DNA of 64,000 nucleotides from a virus: IMG/VR virus record IMGVR_UViG_3300011113_000736, positions 6,610 to 70,609 of that record; one strand, 5' to 3'. Shown piece by piece: positions 40,841 to 51,178 of this stretch (position 1 is its first letter; each line of letters starts with the position of its first letter). The notes under the pieces were generated by a model. It saw only the letters and a program-made list of their open reading frames with translations, ran no database searches and was not told where the DNA came from. The position numbers and the translations under genes were made by a program.

Positions 40841-42544
40841 ATGCGTTTCAAACAATGGCTATTACTTTCAGAGAAAATAGAGGTCAACGGAGTCCAATTC
40901 CGTGACAAATTGGATGCATTGAAACACATTTATAATAATCATCCTAATCCAGACAATTTAGTTGTCTCTTACACTTCAATTAACAAAATAGGTATAAATC
41001 CCAAAAGTCAATATAAAACACCACTTGGAATTTATTTCTATCCATTAAAATATGTTATTGATATGAATCTGGGAGTACCATTTGCTGGAGATCAACCTTA
41101 TCTTAATGTATGCGAAATTGTAAGACCAAATAAAATGTGGCACATGAAGTTAAAAACACAACCTCAAATTGGCTTAGATGTTTTGAAAAAAGCTTTTCCA
41201 AAAAAAGAAGTAGAAAATGCGATTGCTCAAATAAACACTAAAGGACTCGATATAAGAAGTAATTATTCAACTGTCTGGCTTGTAACACAATTGATTTCTA
41301 ATGAAAATCCAATATCATGGAATACTAATTTGAGAAAATTGGGCATAGATGGTTTTTTTGATCATGGCACAGGAACCATTCATACTGGTGAGCCAACACA
41401 AGGTGTTGTTTTCACTGCTAATGCTTTAAAAGTAATACATGTAATTGAAAATATTAAACAAGTATCAGATGAATCAAAATTCACAGAAGCATTACAAAAA
41501 GGAAACATTGCTGCTGTTGATTATTTCATACAAAATAAAAATGTAAGCCTTGATTACGCAATTGAAATTGCAGCAGAAAATGGGCATCTTTCTTTAGTAA
41601 AACATTTAATTGAAAAATATGATGCTGGAATATATGATGCAGTTAACGATGCTGCTAAAAATGGACACTTTGATATTGTTAAATATCTCGTTGATGAACA
41701 AAAAGCAAATATAGATAGTTTTGCTGTAGTGGAAGCAGGATCAAAAGGATATCTCGATATAGTAAAATACCTTATTGAAAAGGGTGCAAAAATAAACAAA
41801 TATGCTGTGGAATCAGCAGCTAGTCAAAATCAATTTGATGTTGTTAAATATTTACTTGGCGAAGAAGTTACTCTAAATGGTCAAAAAATAAAATTACCAG
41901 CAAATGTAGAAATTGGAACAATAGGCGATTCAGCAATTAAAAATGCAGCTAGAAACGGAAATTTTGATATTGTTAAATACCTTGTTCAAAAAGGAGGTAA
42001 AATAATAGATTTAGATATAAAACACATGATTGAAAAAAATTATATTGATATCATAGTTTATTTTCTTAGCACTGGAAAATTATCATCATATTATGTTGCC
42101 GAAGAAGCCGCCAAAAATGGAAGTTTGAATTTAATCAAAAACATTGTAAACATGGGATTTAAAATAGATGAAGAAGTATTTGTTAAAGCAGCCGATTTTG
42201 GAAACATCAAAATTGTAAAATATCTTTTGGAAGAATTAAAATTAAATGTTGGTATTGCTGATATCCAAAGATCTATTTTACATGCGGCTAATCGTGGCGT
42301 TTTTAATACTGTTTTATATCTTGCAGAAAAATACCCCAAATTAGGAGCTTTGGCAATTACTGATGCTGCTAGACATGCAAGAATAGATGTCATAAGACAT
42401 ATTATTGATAATTTAAAATCACCAACTAGCCAATTTCAGCTTAATGATGCAGCAGACAAAGCAAAAGAATATGGTAACAATGATATTGTTGATTATCTTG
42501 TATCCAAAGGTGCAAAAAGACCAGTAGACAATGCCGCAAAATAA
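40841..42544 (+). CDS. Paralogue 1: CTS + conserved ~205-aa ART-like domain + ankyrin repeats
   Basis: AAENGHLSLVKHLIE-type repeats. Confidence 0.8.
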   Translation: MRFKQWLLLSEKIEVNGVQFRDKLDALKHIYNNHPNPDNLVVSYTSINKIGINPKSQYKTPLGIYFYPLKYVIDMNLGVPFAGDQPYLNVCEIVRPNKMWHMKLKTQPQIGLDVLKKAFPKKEVENAIAQINTKGLDIRSNYSTVWLVTQLISNENPISWNTNLRKLGIDGFFDHGTGTIHTGEPTQGVVFTANALKVIHVIENIKQVSDESKFTEALQKGNIAAVDYFIQNKNVSLDYAIEIAAENGHLSLVKHLIEKYDAGIYDAVNDAAKNGHFDIVKYLVDEQKANIDSFAVVEAGSKGYLDIVKYLIEKGAKINKYAVESAASQNQFDVVKYLLGEEVTLNGQKIKLPANVEIGTIGDSAIKNAARNGNFDIVKYLVQKGGKIIDLDIKHMIEKNYIDIIVYFLSTGKLSSYYVAEEAAKNGSLNLIKNIVNMGFKIDEEVFVKAADFGNIKIVKYLLEELKLNVGIADIQRSILHAANRGVFNTVLYLAEKYPKLGALAITDAARHARIDVIRHIIDNLKSPTSQFQLNDAADKAKEYGNNDIVDYLVSKGAKRPVDNAAK

Positions 42545-42565
42545 AACAACTGCACTAAATAATTT

Positions 42566-44431
42566 ATGCATTTCAAACAATGGTTATTACTTTCAGAGAA
42601 AATAGAAGTCAACGGAGTCCAATTCCGTGACAAATTGGATGCATTGAAACACATTTATAATAATCATCCTAATCCAGACAATTTAGTTGTTTCTTACACA
42701 TCAATTAACAAAATAGGCATAAATCCCAAAAGTCAATATGGCACACCACTTGGAATTTATTTCTATCCATTAAAATATGTTATTGATATGAATCTGGGAG
42801 TACCATTTGCTGGAGATCAACCTTATCTTAATGTATGCGAAATTGTAAGACCAAATAAAATTTTGCATATGCAAAAATCAACTGAACCACAACTTGGCAT
42901 AGATTTGCTTAAGAAAACATTTTCAGAAACAGAAGTAGACAATGCAATTGCTCAAATAAACACTGTAAACACTGAAGGACTCGATATAAGAAGCAATTAT
43001 TCAACTGTCTGGCTTGCAACTTACATTATTTCCAATGAAAATCCAATATTATGGAATACTAATTTAAGAAAATTAGGCATAGATGGTTTTTTTGATCATG
43101 ACACAGGAACTATTCACACCAATGAACCAACTCAAGGTGTTGTTTTCACTGCTAATGCTCTAAAGGTAATAAATGTTATAGAAAATAAAAAAAATAAAGA
43201 AAATGAAGAAACATCTGAGCAAAGTGTTTTAAGTTTGCTTCAAAAAACAACAACAAAAAATGAAGGCAAATTGGTAAAATCTATTGTTACAAACAAAAAA
43301 CAAACGCTAAGTGATCAAGATATTGTTGATATAATGGGACATGTGGAAAACAAAGACAAAATAGCAAAAATTATAATTCAAAATAAAACAGAACTTTCTG
43401 ATGCTAATGTTTGGATTTTACTTCATCAATCAAATAACAAGAAAGAAATTGCAAATCTTTTAGGTTCTGAAAATATAAACAAACTTTCTAGTGATCATGT
43501 TGCTTCTTTGTTTCATCTAGACCAAAAACAAGAAATGGCAACTATTTTAGGCTCTGAAAATATAAACAAACTTAATGATCAAGATATTTATGATTTGCTT
43601 AAATGTGGATATGACAAGCAAGAAATGGCAAAAATTTTAGGTAAAGAAAATATAAACAAACTTTCTAGTGGTAATGCTTCTAGTTTGCTTTATTACGCAT
43701 ATGACAAGCTAGGAATGGCAAAAGCTTTAGGTAAAGAAAATATAAGTAAAATGGATGATAGTGTTATTATTAAATCTTTTGCTGATACAGCTAACAAGGA
43801 AGAAATGGCAAAAGCTTTAGGTAAAGAAAATATAAACAAATTCATCAGTGATAATTTTTCTGGTTTGCTTTATTATGCATCTGACAAGCAAAAAATAGCA
43901 AAAATCATAATTCAAAACAAAACAGAACTTTCTGGTGATAATGTTCGTTCTTTGCTTCTTTATGCAGATGACAAGCAAGAAATAGCAAATATTTTAGGTT
44001 CAGAAAATATAAATAAAATCAACAATCATAATGTTTTTAGTTTGCTTAATAACGCATCTGACAAGCAAGAAATGGCAAAAATTTTAGGTTCTGAAAATAT
44101 AAACAAACTTAATGATCAAGATATTTTTCTGATGCTTCATCGGGGTAACAATGACCCATCAGAAATGGCAAAAATTATAACTCAGTATAAAACTGAACTT
44201 TCTGGCAAAGATATTTCTAACTTACTTCAAGTTACTCATGACCCGCAAGAGATGGCAAAAATTTTAGACAAAGAAAATATAAGTAAAATGAATGATTATC
44301 ATGTTTCCGAATTGATCAAATATAGGTCTAACAAACAAGAAATAGCAAAAATCATTGATCAATATCACGCCAATAAAACACCAGAAATTGAAAAACTAAT
44401 TCAACCATTTTGCAACAAAACAACTAAATAA
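42566..44431 (+). CDS. Paralogue 2: CTS + same ~205-aa domain + ~30-aa non-ankyrin helical repeats
   Basis: DKQEMAKILGSENINKL repeats. Confidence 0.8.
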   Translation: MHFKQWLLLSEKIEVNGVQFRDKLDALKHIYNNHPNPDNLVVSYTSINKIGINPKSQYGTPLGIYFYPLKYVIDMNLGVPFAGDQPYLNVCEIVRPNKILHMQKSTEPQLGIDLLKKTFSETEVDNAIAQINTVNTEGLDIRSNYSTVWLATYIISNENPILWNTNLRKLGIDGFFDHDTGTIHTNEPTQGVVFTANALKVINVIENKKNKENEETSEQSVLSLLQKTTTKNEGKLVKSIVTNKKQTLSDQDIVDIMGHVENKDKIAKIIIQNKTELSDANVWILLHQSNNKKEIANLLGSENINKLSSDHVASLFHLDQKQEMATILGSENINKLNDQDIYDLLKCGYDKQEMAKILGKENINKLSSGNASSLLYYAYDKLGMAKALGKENISKMDDSVIIKSFADTANKEEMAKALGKENINKFISDNFSGLLYYASDKQKIAKIIIQNKTELSGDNVRSLLLYADDKQEIANILGSENINKINNHNVFSLLNNASDKQEMAKILGSENINKLNDQDIFLMLHRGNNDPSEMAKIITQYKTELSGKDISNLLQVTHDPQEMAKILDKENISKMNDYHVSELIKYRSNKQEIAKIIDQYHANKTPEIEKLIQPFCNKTTK

Positions 44432-44434
44432 TTT

Positions 44435-46612
44435 ATGCGTTTCAAAGAATGGCTATTACTTTCAGAGAAAATAGAAGTCAACGGAGTCCAATTCCGTGAC
44501 AAATTAGATGCATTAAAATACATTTATAACAACCATCCCAGTCCAGAAAATTTAGTTGTTTCTTATACAGAAATAAACAAGATCGGCATTAATCCAAAAA
44601 GTAAATGGGCAACACCAATTGGAATTTATTTCTATCCATTAAAATATGTCATTGATAGGGAACTAAATGTGCCATTTGCTGGAAATAAAGCTTATATCAA
44701 TGTGTGTGAAATTGTAAGACCAAATAAAATTCTTCATATGCAAAAATCAACTGAACCACAACTTGGGATTGACTTGCTTAATAAAACATTCACACATGAC
44801 AAAATAGAACAAGTTATGGAGGAGATCGGCAAATCAGGTTCTGAATATAGAAGCAATTACTCAACTGTCTGGCTTGCAACACAATTGATTTCTAATAAAA
44901 ATCCAATATCATGGAATACTAATTTGAGAAAATTAGGTATAGATGGTTTCTTTGATCATGGCACAGGAACTATTCACACTAACGAACCAACTCAAGGTGT
45001 TGCTTTAACTGCTAACGCTCTAAAAGTAATACATGTCATAGAAAATGTAATGTCTCCAAAAGAAAAAGATATTGTGCCTTATGAAATTCAACAAAATATT
45101 TTACAACATGTTAAAAACAACAACATAAACAATTTGTCGAAATTGCTTAAGAAATTCCCAATACCAGAAAATGCTGTGTATTACGCATCAGAATTAGGTA
45201 ACCTTGATATGGTTAAATTTTTAGTTAATAAAAAAGCATATATAAGTGATGAAGCGGTTTATGCCGCAATAAAAATTAATAATTTGGAAATAGTAAAATA
45301 TTTAGTCGAAGAATTGCTGGCAAAAGGTCGAAAAATACCAATTGATTCTGTAGAACTTTCAAATGAATATGCTGAAAAAGATGTGCAAGAATTCCTTGTA
45401 TCAAAAGGTGCAAAAATAACTAGCTCAGCTGTAAAAGATGCTATCGATTCTAAAGAATTTAGTACCGTTAAATATTTCATAGATAACAATGCTGAAATTG
45501 ATTATAAAATAATGGAGCATCTGTCTTCCCTTATAAAAAATAATCCTAACTCTGAAGAATATATTGATATTTTCAAATATATTGTAAAAAACTCAAAAGA
45601 TATTAGTATTAAACAAGATGCAATTGCTTATGCAATTCAATCTGAAAATGAAAATTTATTAAATAATATTCTCGAAGATGAAAAATTTGAAATAAATAGT
45701 AACACAGTAATTGATTATAAAACAATGGAGCATTTGTCTTCCCTTATAAAAAATAATCCTAACTCTAAAGAATATATTGATATTTTCAAATATATTGTAA
45801 AAAACTCAAAAGATATTAGTATTAAACAAGATGCAATTGCTTATGCAATTCAATCTGAAAATGAAAATTTATTAAATAATATTCTAGAAGATGAAAAATT
45901 TGAAATAAGTAGTAACACAGTTTATTACGCAATGAAACAAGGAAAATTTGATGTAGCCAAGTATCTTTTAAACAAAGTAGGAGACAAAGGTCAGTATGAT
46001 GCATCTTTAAAGATAGCAGCAGCATCTGGCAACAAGGAAATGGTAGATATTCTTGTTGACAAATCTAATACTCCAGACGCTGCGATAGATGCAGCAGAAA
46101 ATGGTCATTTTAATATTGCTAAATACATTGTAGATAAAAAAGGTATACCATCGTATGCCAGTTTGATTGCAATGGCTTTAAATTATGCCGAAAAAGAAAA
46201 AATAAAAGATTATAGTGATGTTTTCAATTTTATTAAACACCTTGTGGAAGAAAAGAAATATCCAATAAACCGTGGCAATGTAACATCAGCAATTTTGACA
46301 GGAGAAGTCGATTTAGTTAAATACCTGCTTGATCATCTTGACAATAGTGTTAAAATAAATGAATCAGAAGCAACAAAGTATGCAATAATTTCAAAAAATA
46401 TTGATATGATAAAATATCTCGTAGAAGATAAAAAATTCAAATTATCAGATGAGGCAATAGGATGGGCTGTAAATGGCGGCGATATTAACATCATACGATA
46501 CCTGATTAATAATGGTGCAAAAATATCAAAACAAGATGTTCAATATTACGCCAAAGAACTAGGCAAAGAACATTATATCGTAAAATTATTGGAGAAAAAT
46601 ATAAATCAATAA
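44435..46612 (+). CDS. Paralogue 3: CTS + same ~205-aa domain + ankyrin repeats
   Basis: ASELGNLDMVKFLV, AAENGHFNIAKYIV. Confidence 0.8.
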   Translation: MRFKEWLLLSEKIEVNGVQFRDKLDALKYIYNNHPSPENLVVSYTEINKIGINPKSKWATPIGIYFYPLKYVIDRELNVPFAGNKAYINVCEIVRPNKILHMQKSTEPQLGIDLLNKTFTHDKIEQVMEEIGKSGSEYRSNYSTVWLATQLISNKNPISWNTNLRKLGIDGFFDHGTGTIHTNEPTQGVALTANALKVIHVIENVMSPKEKDIVPYEIQQNILQHVKNNNINNLSKLLKKFPIPENAVYYASELGNLDMVKFLVNKKAYISDEAVYAAIKINNLEIVKYLVEELLAKGRKIPIDSVELSNEYAEKDVQEFLVSKGAKITSSAVKDAIDSKEFSTVKYFIDNNAEIDYKIMEHLSSLIKNNPNSEEYIDIFKYIVKNSKDISIKQDAIAYAIQSENENLLNNILEDEKFEINSNTVIDYKTMEHLSSLIKNNPNSKEYIDIFKYIVKNSKDISIKQDAIAYAIQSENENLLNNILEDEKFEISSNTVYYAMKQGKFDVAKYLLNKVGDKGQYDASLKIAAASGNKEMVDILVDKSNTPDAAIDAAENGHFNIAKYIVDKKGIPSYASLIAMALNYAEKEKIKDYSDVFNFIKHLVEEKKYPINRGNVTSAILTGEVDLVKYLLDHLDNSVKINESEATKYAIISKNIDMIKYLVEDKKFKLSDEAIGWAVNGGDINIIRYLINNGAKISKQDVQYYAKELGKEHYIVKLLEKNINQ
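45497..45921 (+). repeat. 213-bp near-perfect in-frame tandem duplication
   Basis: IDYKxMEHLSSLIKNNPNS...EKFEIxSNTV twice (starts 45497 and 45710). Confidence 0.92.
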
Positions 46613-46631
46613 TTGTTTTTAACTAGGTTAA

Positions 46632-47093
46632 TCAACCTATATCAACAATCTTGCCACCCGGATGACTGCTTTTATAAACATCAACGCCTTTATTCAAACC
46701 AATCGAAACAGGATCTGCTCTATCCCACAATTCCAACGGATGTTTTCCTACAGTCGGACTATTCGCATAAGTGCTATCACCATATATCTTATCCAGACCA
46801 AATTTCCCCAAACCCTCATTCCAAGAAATCAAATACACTTTGCCACCACTTAATACCAACCTCTTCTTTCTAGATGATGATGAACCCCACATACCCACTT
46901 CTTTCGCAAACTCTCCATTGATAAACACAGTCTTGGCACTGCGCTCCTTCTCACCAACATCTGATGGAGAATGACCAATATGACTAGCCTTAAATCTAAT
47001 TGTTGTCCCGTCATCAAACAAAGTATATTGACTTCCTTGTGCAGTCTTAAATGTCAGATTAGTGTTCTCTAACCATAAACGAAAACTTTGCAT
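46632..47093 (-). CDS. CTS-bearing hypothetical protein
   Basis: MQSFRLWLE. Confidence 0.65.
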   Translation of the reverse strand: MQSFRLWLENTNLTFKTAQGSQYTLFDDGTTIRFKASHIGHSPSDVGEKERSAKTVFINGEFAKEVGMWGSSSSRKKRLVLSGGKVYLISWNEGLGKFGLDKIYGDSTYANSPTVGKHPLELWDRADPVSIGLNKGVDVYKSSHPGGKIVDIG

Positions 47094-47116
47094 AATAATT
47101 ATATACTACAAACCAG

Positions 47117-47147
47117 CGAAACATTATCTCCCCCACCATAAATTAAA
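47117..47147. repeat. Intergenic element CGAAACATTA-N10-CATAAATTAAA (copies at 49311 and 50300; partial at 47752)
   Basis: Direct comparison of three copies with identical spacing. Confidence 0.8.
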
Positions 47148-47167
47148 AAGACAAGCATAAATAATTC

Positions 47168-47743
47168 ATGAATTTTAAAGAATACATTTATAACGAAACA
47201 TCCTCAAGCCTCGATCTCGTCGGCTACCATTGCCGTAAAACAATCCCATCAACAGATCCATATTTCGGTCAAATAATTATATGGGAAAACGAAACAGCAG
47301 AACCATTTGTCAAAAGATATATCGAAAAACTCATAGACGAAAAAGACTACTACGAATTCAGAGAAAAATATGGCGACGATCCCAAAGAAACAAATTCAAA
47401 AACCATGACTCCAGACCAATGGAAAATGAACGCCGCCAAATTTCTCAACGAAAAAGGCTACAGAATGCTCTTCTGCGCCGATAAACCTGAAAGAATTTAC
47501 GGAAGAAATTGCTACGCAGTCTATGTCGATAAATCCAAAATCATCAACATAACTCGCAGAGACTACCCGTCTTTCACCAACAAACCTAACGAAATCACAG
47601 AAGAAACTGTCATCACTTGGAAAATACCTTACAACCCAACCCTCACAAATATCAAAACACTGCCAAAAACACTTCCACAACCTATCCCACTAGTCAGACC
47701 AAGAAGACGATCAGACCCAGATGGAGATCATGACTTCCTCTAA
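47168..47743 (+). CDS. CTS-bearing protein, weak ART-like pattern
   Basis: MNFKEYIYNE; VGYHC...YG..CYAVYVD...EETV. Confidence 0.55.
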   Translation: MNFKEYIYNETSSSLDLVGYHCRKTIPSTDPYFGQIIIWENETAEPFVKRYIEKLIDEKDYYEFREKYGDDPKETNSKTMTPDQWKMNAAKFLNEKGYRMLFCADKPERIYGRNCYAVYVDKSKIINITRRDYPSFTNKPNEITEETVITWKIPYNPTLTNIKTLPKTLPQPIPLVRPRRRSDPDGDHDFL

Positions 47744-47774
47744 TACAACGCCGAAACATTTAATTGCTTGTTTA

Positions 47775-49226
47775 CTATATTCCTTCTTTAGAAAGAATCA
47801 TCTCAAGAGTATTACAAATATTAAGATCATTCGCATTTCTAAAAAAGTCTACAATTATATTGTAACCAAATAATCCTTCATCAATACACATCTGTACCAA
47901 TTGATTGATTTTTTCCTCGCTAGAAATAAATTCTTTCCTGCTACGACTAATTGATAAAGCTAATTGCTTAATTTTAGCCTCTAAAGACCCCTTTAAAGGC
48001 TGCGTTTCAGTTTCAGCTATCAAACTAACAACTTTCGACCTAATTAATTGCTTCGCTATAATACCTACAAATTTTTTCATTTTGTCAAAGAAAAATCTTA
48101 AAAGATTTCTCTGCTTGTCAGTAATCGGCAAATCTTGCTTCTCAATAGTCTCTTCCACAAATTCCATTGAAGGTGACGCAATTTGTAATAACAAATCTTT
48201 AAACTTCTCAACTAATTGTTTTTTGTTACAAAAAAGTAACATTACAATTATCCAATCATACATGAATAATTCGTCCCTGAATTTGTTTTCTCCAAAAACA
48301 ATCTTGTCATATTCCCTCATGTGTTTACGCAAATCCCTCATATAATCTTCCGATTTATATTCAGGATGCCTATCATTCAAATTGTATGGTCCGAAAGTCT
48401 CAAAATCACCAATCATCTTGGCATGCTCTGGTTTCAAAAATCTTTCAGGAATGTATTTCGCCACGATTTTATCGTATTTAGCAAAAATATCCTTGCTCAT
48501 AAAGATCGTATCTTCATCTTCTTCCTTTTCCTCTTCTCTATTTGCAAATATTTGAGACATTCTTGTTGTGTAATCTCTAGGTCTATCTATTCCAACCTTC
48601 GCAGCCTTGGAAAAATCACTATACTGCTTGGCAAATGGACCAAAACCAGATAACCCCATAGCAATCACAAAATCATCCTGAAAAGATTCGTTATCATCCG
48701 TTCGATCAGAAATTAATTTTCTAACCAATTCCTTCCAAGAACTACCACGATTAAATCCATGCTTACTCGCAAACTTCCTCATATTATCAATCAATTTCAA
48801 TGTTTTAGGTCCATTACTTATTCTTATAACATTCCTATACAACGCAATAGGGATACCAAAAACCTTGGCTATTTCATCTTCTGTTGCAATCGTATTACCA
48901 TAAAGAAAAACAATATTCAAAATACCTTTTCTAGACTTGTAACAATCTTCAACATCCAATTCGTTTTCCTGCAAATATTGACAAACATACGCTATCAACA
49001 AAGAATAAAATTGCAATTCTTCTAAAATATTAGTAACAGGTTTGGTAATATCGAAATCCCTAATAACCTCTTCTTGAATCTCTCTACAGAAAAAATATAA
49101 ACCATCTTTATCTCCAGATTTCTTCTCATACTCTTTATCAATAAAATTTTTAACTTCATTACATATGGCATCACCACTACCACTTGTCTCTTTCAATATT
49201 TGATACATATCATAAAATGATTTCAT
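47775..49226 (-). CDS. CTS-bearing large helical protein
   Basis: MKSFYDMYQILKE; SD AGGTGG. Confidence 0.65.
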   Translation of the reverse strand: MKSFYDMYQILKETSGSGDAICNEVKNFIDKEYEKKSGDKDGLYFFCREIQEEVIRDFDITKPVTNILEELQFYSLLIAYVCQYLQENELDVEDCYKSRKGILNIVFLYGNTIATEDEIAKVFGIPIALYRNVIRISNGPKTLKLIDNMRKFASKHGFNRGSSWKELVRKLISDRTDDNESFQDDFVIAMGLSGFGPFAKQYSDFSKAAKVGIDRPRDYTTRMSQIFANREEEKEEDEDTIFMSKDIFAKYDKIVAKYIPERFLKPEHAKMIGDFETFGPYNLNDRHPEYKSEDYMRDLRKHMREYDKIVFGENKFRDELFMYDWIIVMLLFCNKKQLVEKFKDLLLQIASPSMEFVEETIEKQDLPITDKQRNLLRFFFDKMKKFVGIIAKQLIRSKVVSLIAETETQPLKGSLEAKIKQLALSISRSRKEFISSEEKINQLVQMCIDEGLFGYNIIVDFFRNANDLNICNTLEMILSKEGI

Positions 49227-49362
49227 ATACCACCTAATTCAACAAAAACCACCAAACCTATTGTAACTCATTTATTGAAATCTACAATACTTATATATCC
49301 AAAACCCCACCGAAACATTACCCCTCTCGCCATAAATTAAATCAACACCAATAAATAACCTC

Positions 49363-49992
49363 ATGACAACTTTTAGACAATTCCTCGAAACCATTGAAGA
49401 TCAATCCAAGATCAAAATACTTGCAGATCAATTGCAATTCCTTGACCTTAACCAGTACAGCGTACTAGGACACGGAACAACATCAGAAGACATAGCAAAA
49501 AAAATAGCAAAAGAAGGTCTCAAATACTCCGACCCCAATCTAGACAGACAAGCAATAGCAGTTTTTGATATGACCGAACCAATAGACCAACAACCAGAAA
49601 ACTTAAACAGACTACTCAACTGGATGCACAAAAATAGCAGATTCGTCGTTCTCCTCGGAATACCAAACAAACCAGAAAACATACAAAGAGGTGGAGAACA
49701 TTACTTCAACTCCGCTTGGGAAGAAATCCCATCCGAAGAAAGACACGAATTATCATCAGTCAAATGGAAAATACCTCCCCATTATATCATCGGATGGATT
49801 AACGCAAATGACGCAACCTTCCACCCAAATAATCAATTCGACCCATCTATACCAGTCAAAGTAAAACCAACCACCTCATTGCCAGAACCAAGATCAAGAA
49901 TGCCTAAAACCCCAAATAAACAAATACCTATACCAAATAGACAAATACCTATACCACAAGCACAACAATCCAACGATCTGGAAATTTGGTGA
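49363..49992 (+). CDS. CTS-bearing ART-like protein
   Basis: MTTFRQFLE; GHGTT...IAKEGL...KIPPHYIIG. Confidence 0.6.
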   Translation: MTTFRQFLETIEDQSKIKILADQLQFLDLNQYSVLGHGTTSEDIAKKIAKEGLKYSDPNLDRQAIAVFDMTEPIDQQPENLNRLLNWMHKNSRFVVLLGIPNKPENIQRGGEHYFNSAWEEIPSEERHELSSVKWKIPPHYIIGWINANDATFHPNNQFDPSIPVKVKPTTSLPEPRSRMPKTPNKQIPIPNRQIPIPQAQQSNDLEIW

Positions 49993-50000
49993 ATATAACT

Positions 50001-50324
50001 ATGACCACCTTCAAACAATTCCTTGAAAATAACAATCAAGAATTTATCGTAACCACTCACATCAACCCAGAATACAATACACCCCAATTCATTTTCAAAA
50101 CACCAGAAAGAAAAGAAATAGGAGAACTACAACTCAAAAGAAGCTTCCTAAGAGGCAAAGATGACTTCGTAGTCGCTAACCTCATCGTCTGGACAGAATT
50201 CCAACGACAAGGTTATGCCACCAAATTCTACAAATATGCCGCCAATTGGATCAAAAAGAACCACCCAAAATCAAACTTATTTATATATTCGCCACCCGCC
50301 GAAACATTACCCATCTCGACATAA
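50001..50324 (+). CDS. CTS-bearing GNAT acetyltransferase, probably C-terminally truncated
   Basis: MTTFKQFLE; LIVWTEFQRQGYATKFY acetyl-CoA motif A. Confidence 0.7.
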   Translation: MTTFKQFLENNNQEFIVTTHINPEYNTPQFIFKTPERKEIGELQLKRSFLRGKDDFVVANLIVWTEFQRQGYATKFYKYAANWIKKNHPKSNLFIYSPPAETLPIST

Positions 50325-50585
50325 ATTAAAAATACATAAACCTCTTCACACAATTCACCCCAATTCTTCATAAAACATTCCCGCAATTATGAAGACAAAC
50401 ACCAATCCATACTATATGGATATTTTATTACTATTACTCAAATCACCACCATACCCACAAGTATATCACGAACTTGTAACAGAACTTTTCTTAAGCAGCT
50501 TACTTTTTGGCATCCTCGCCTTATTCACAACCACAGCTTGCGAAATTATCTGGTTCAAAATAAACAGTTTGTTTATAAATAATTC

Positions 50586-51152
50586 ATGACCACTTTCAAA
50601 CAATTCCTAGAAAATCAAGATCAAATACCACAAAGGAAAATACCTGTCGGTGGTTTCGGCGGCTGGAAAATTCACCTCAGAACCGGACCCGTTGATAGCA
50701 ATAGAGACACAGCCTATAACTATGTCCTACAAATAATTAAAGATAATGGAAACAAATGGAAATCAAAAAAACTATCCGGCGGTGAAGCCGACCAAAAAGA
50801 TATTACCATTTACTGCGGACCTAAAGAAGAAGCTAACAAAGCAGCCAGAGCAATTAAAAATAACTTATACCTCTACAATATGCTCTTCCCACCAAACACA
50901 GATATAGCACAAGATGATATTCAAATATTACCAGATGTCCGTAATGTCTACGGAAGATTCAGCGCCTCTATACTAAACACCCAACCTTACACCTTTCACC
51001 AATATGGATGCAAAGGTTGGTCCATGCTTGCTTCCGATATGAGCAAAAAAACAATAGCTCGCTATAGCAAAGAAGAATTCGACTCAAAATCCGCCTGCCA
51101 AAAAGCTTACCTCGTATTATCAAAACTATTCGGCAAAGATTTTACAGGTTAA
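50586..51152 (+). CDS. CTS-bearing protein resembling the OspF/LanKC-type phospho-Ser/Thr lyase domain
   Basis: MTTFKQFLE; GWKIHL...KDITIY. Confidence 0.55.
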   Translation: MTTFKQFLENQDQIPQRKIPVGGFGGWKIHLRTGPVDSNRDTAYNYVLQIIKDNGNKWKSKKLSGGEADQKDITIYCGPKEEANKAARAIKNNLYLYNMLFPPNTDIAQDDIQILPDVRNVYGRFSASILNTQPYTFHQYGCKGWSMLASDMSKKTIARYSKEEFDSKSACQKAYLVLSKLFGKDFTG

Positions 51153-51178
51153 ATTAAATAAATATGCATAAATAATGC

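Noticed and set aside
40841-46612. Diversity-generating retroelement
   Set aside because: No reverse transcriptase in the window, and paralogue differences are not adenine-specific
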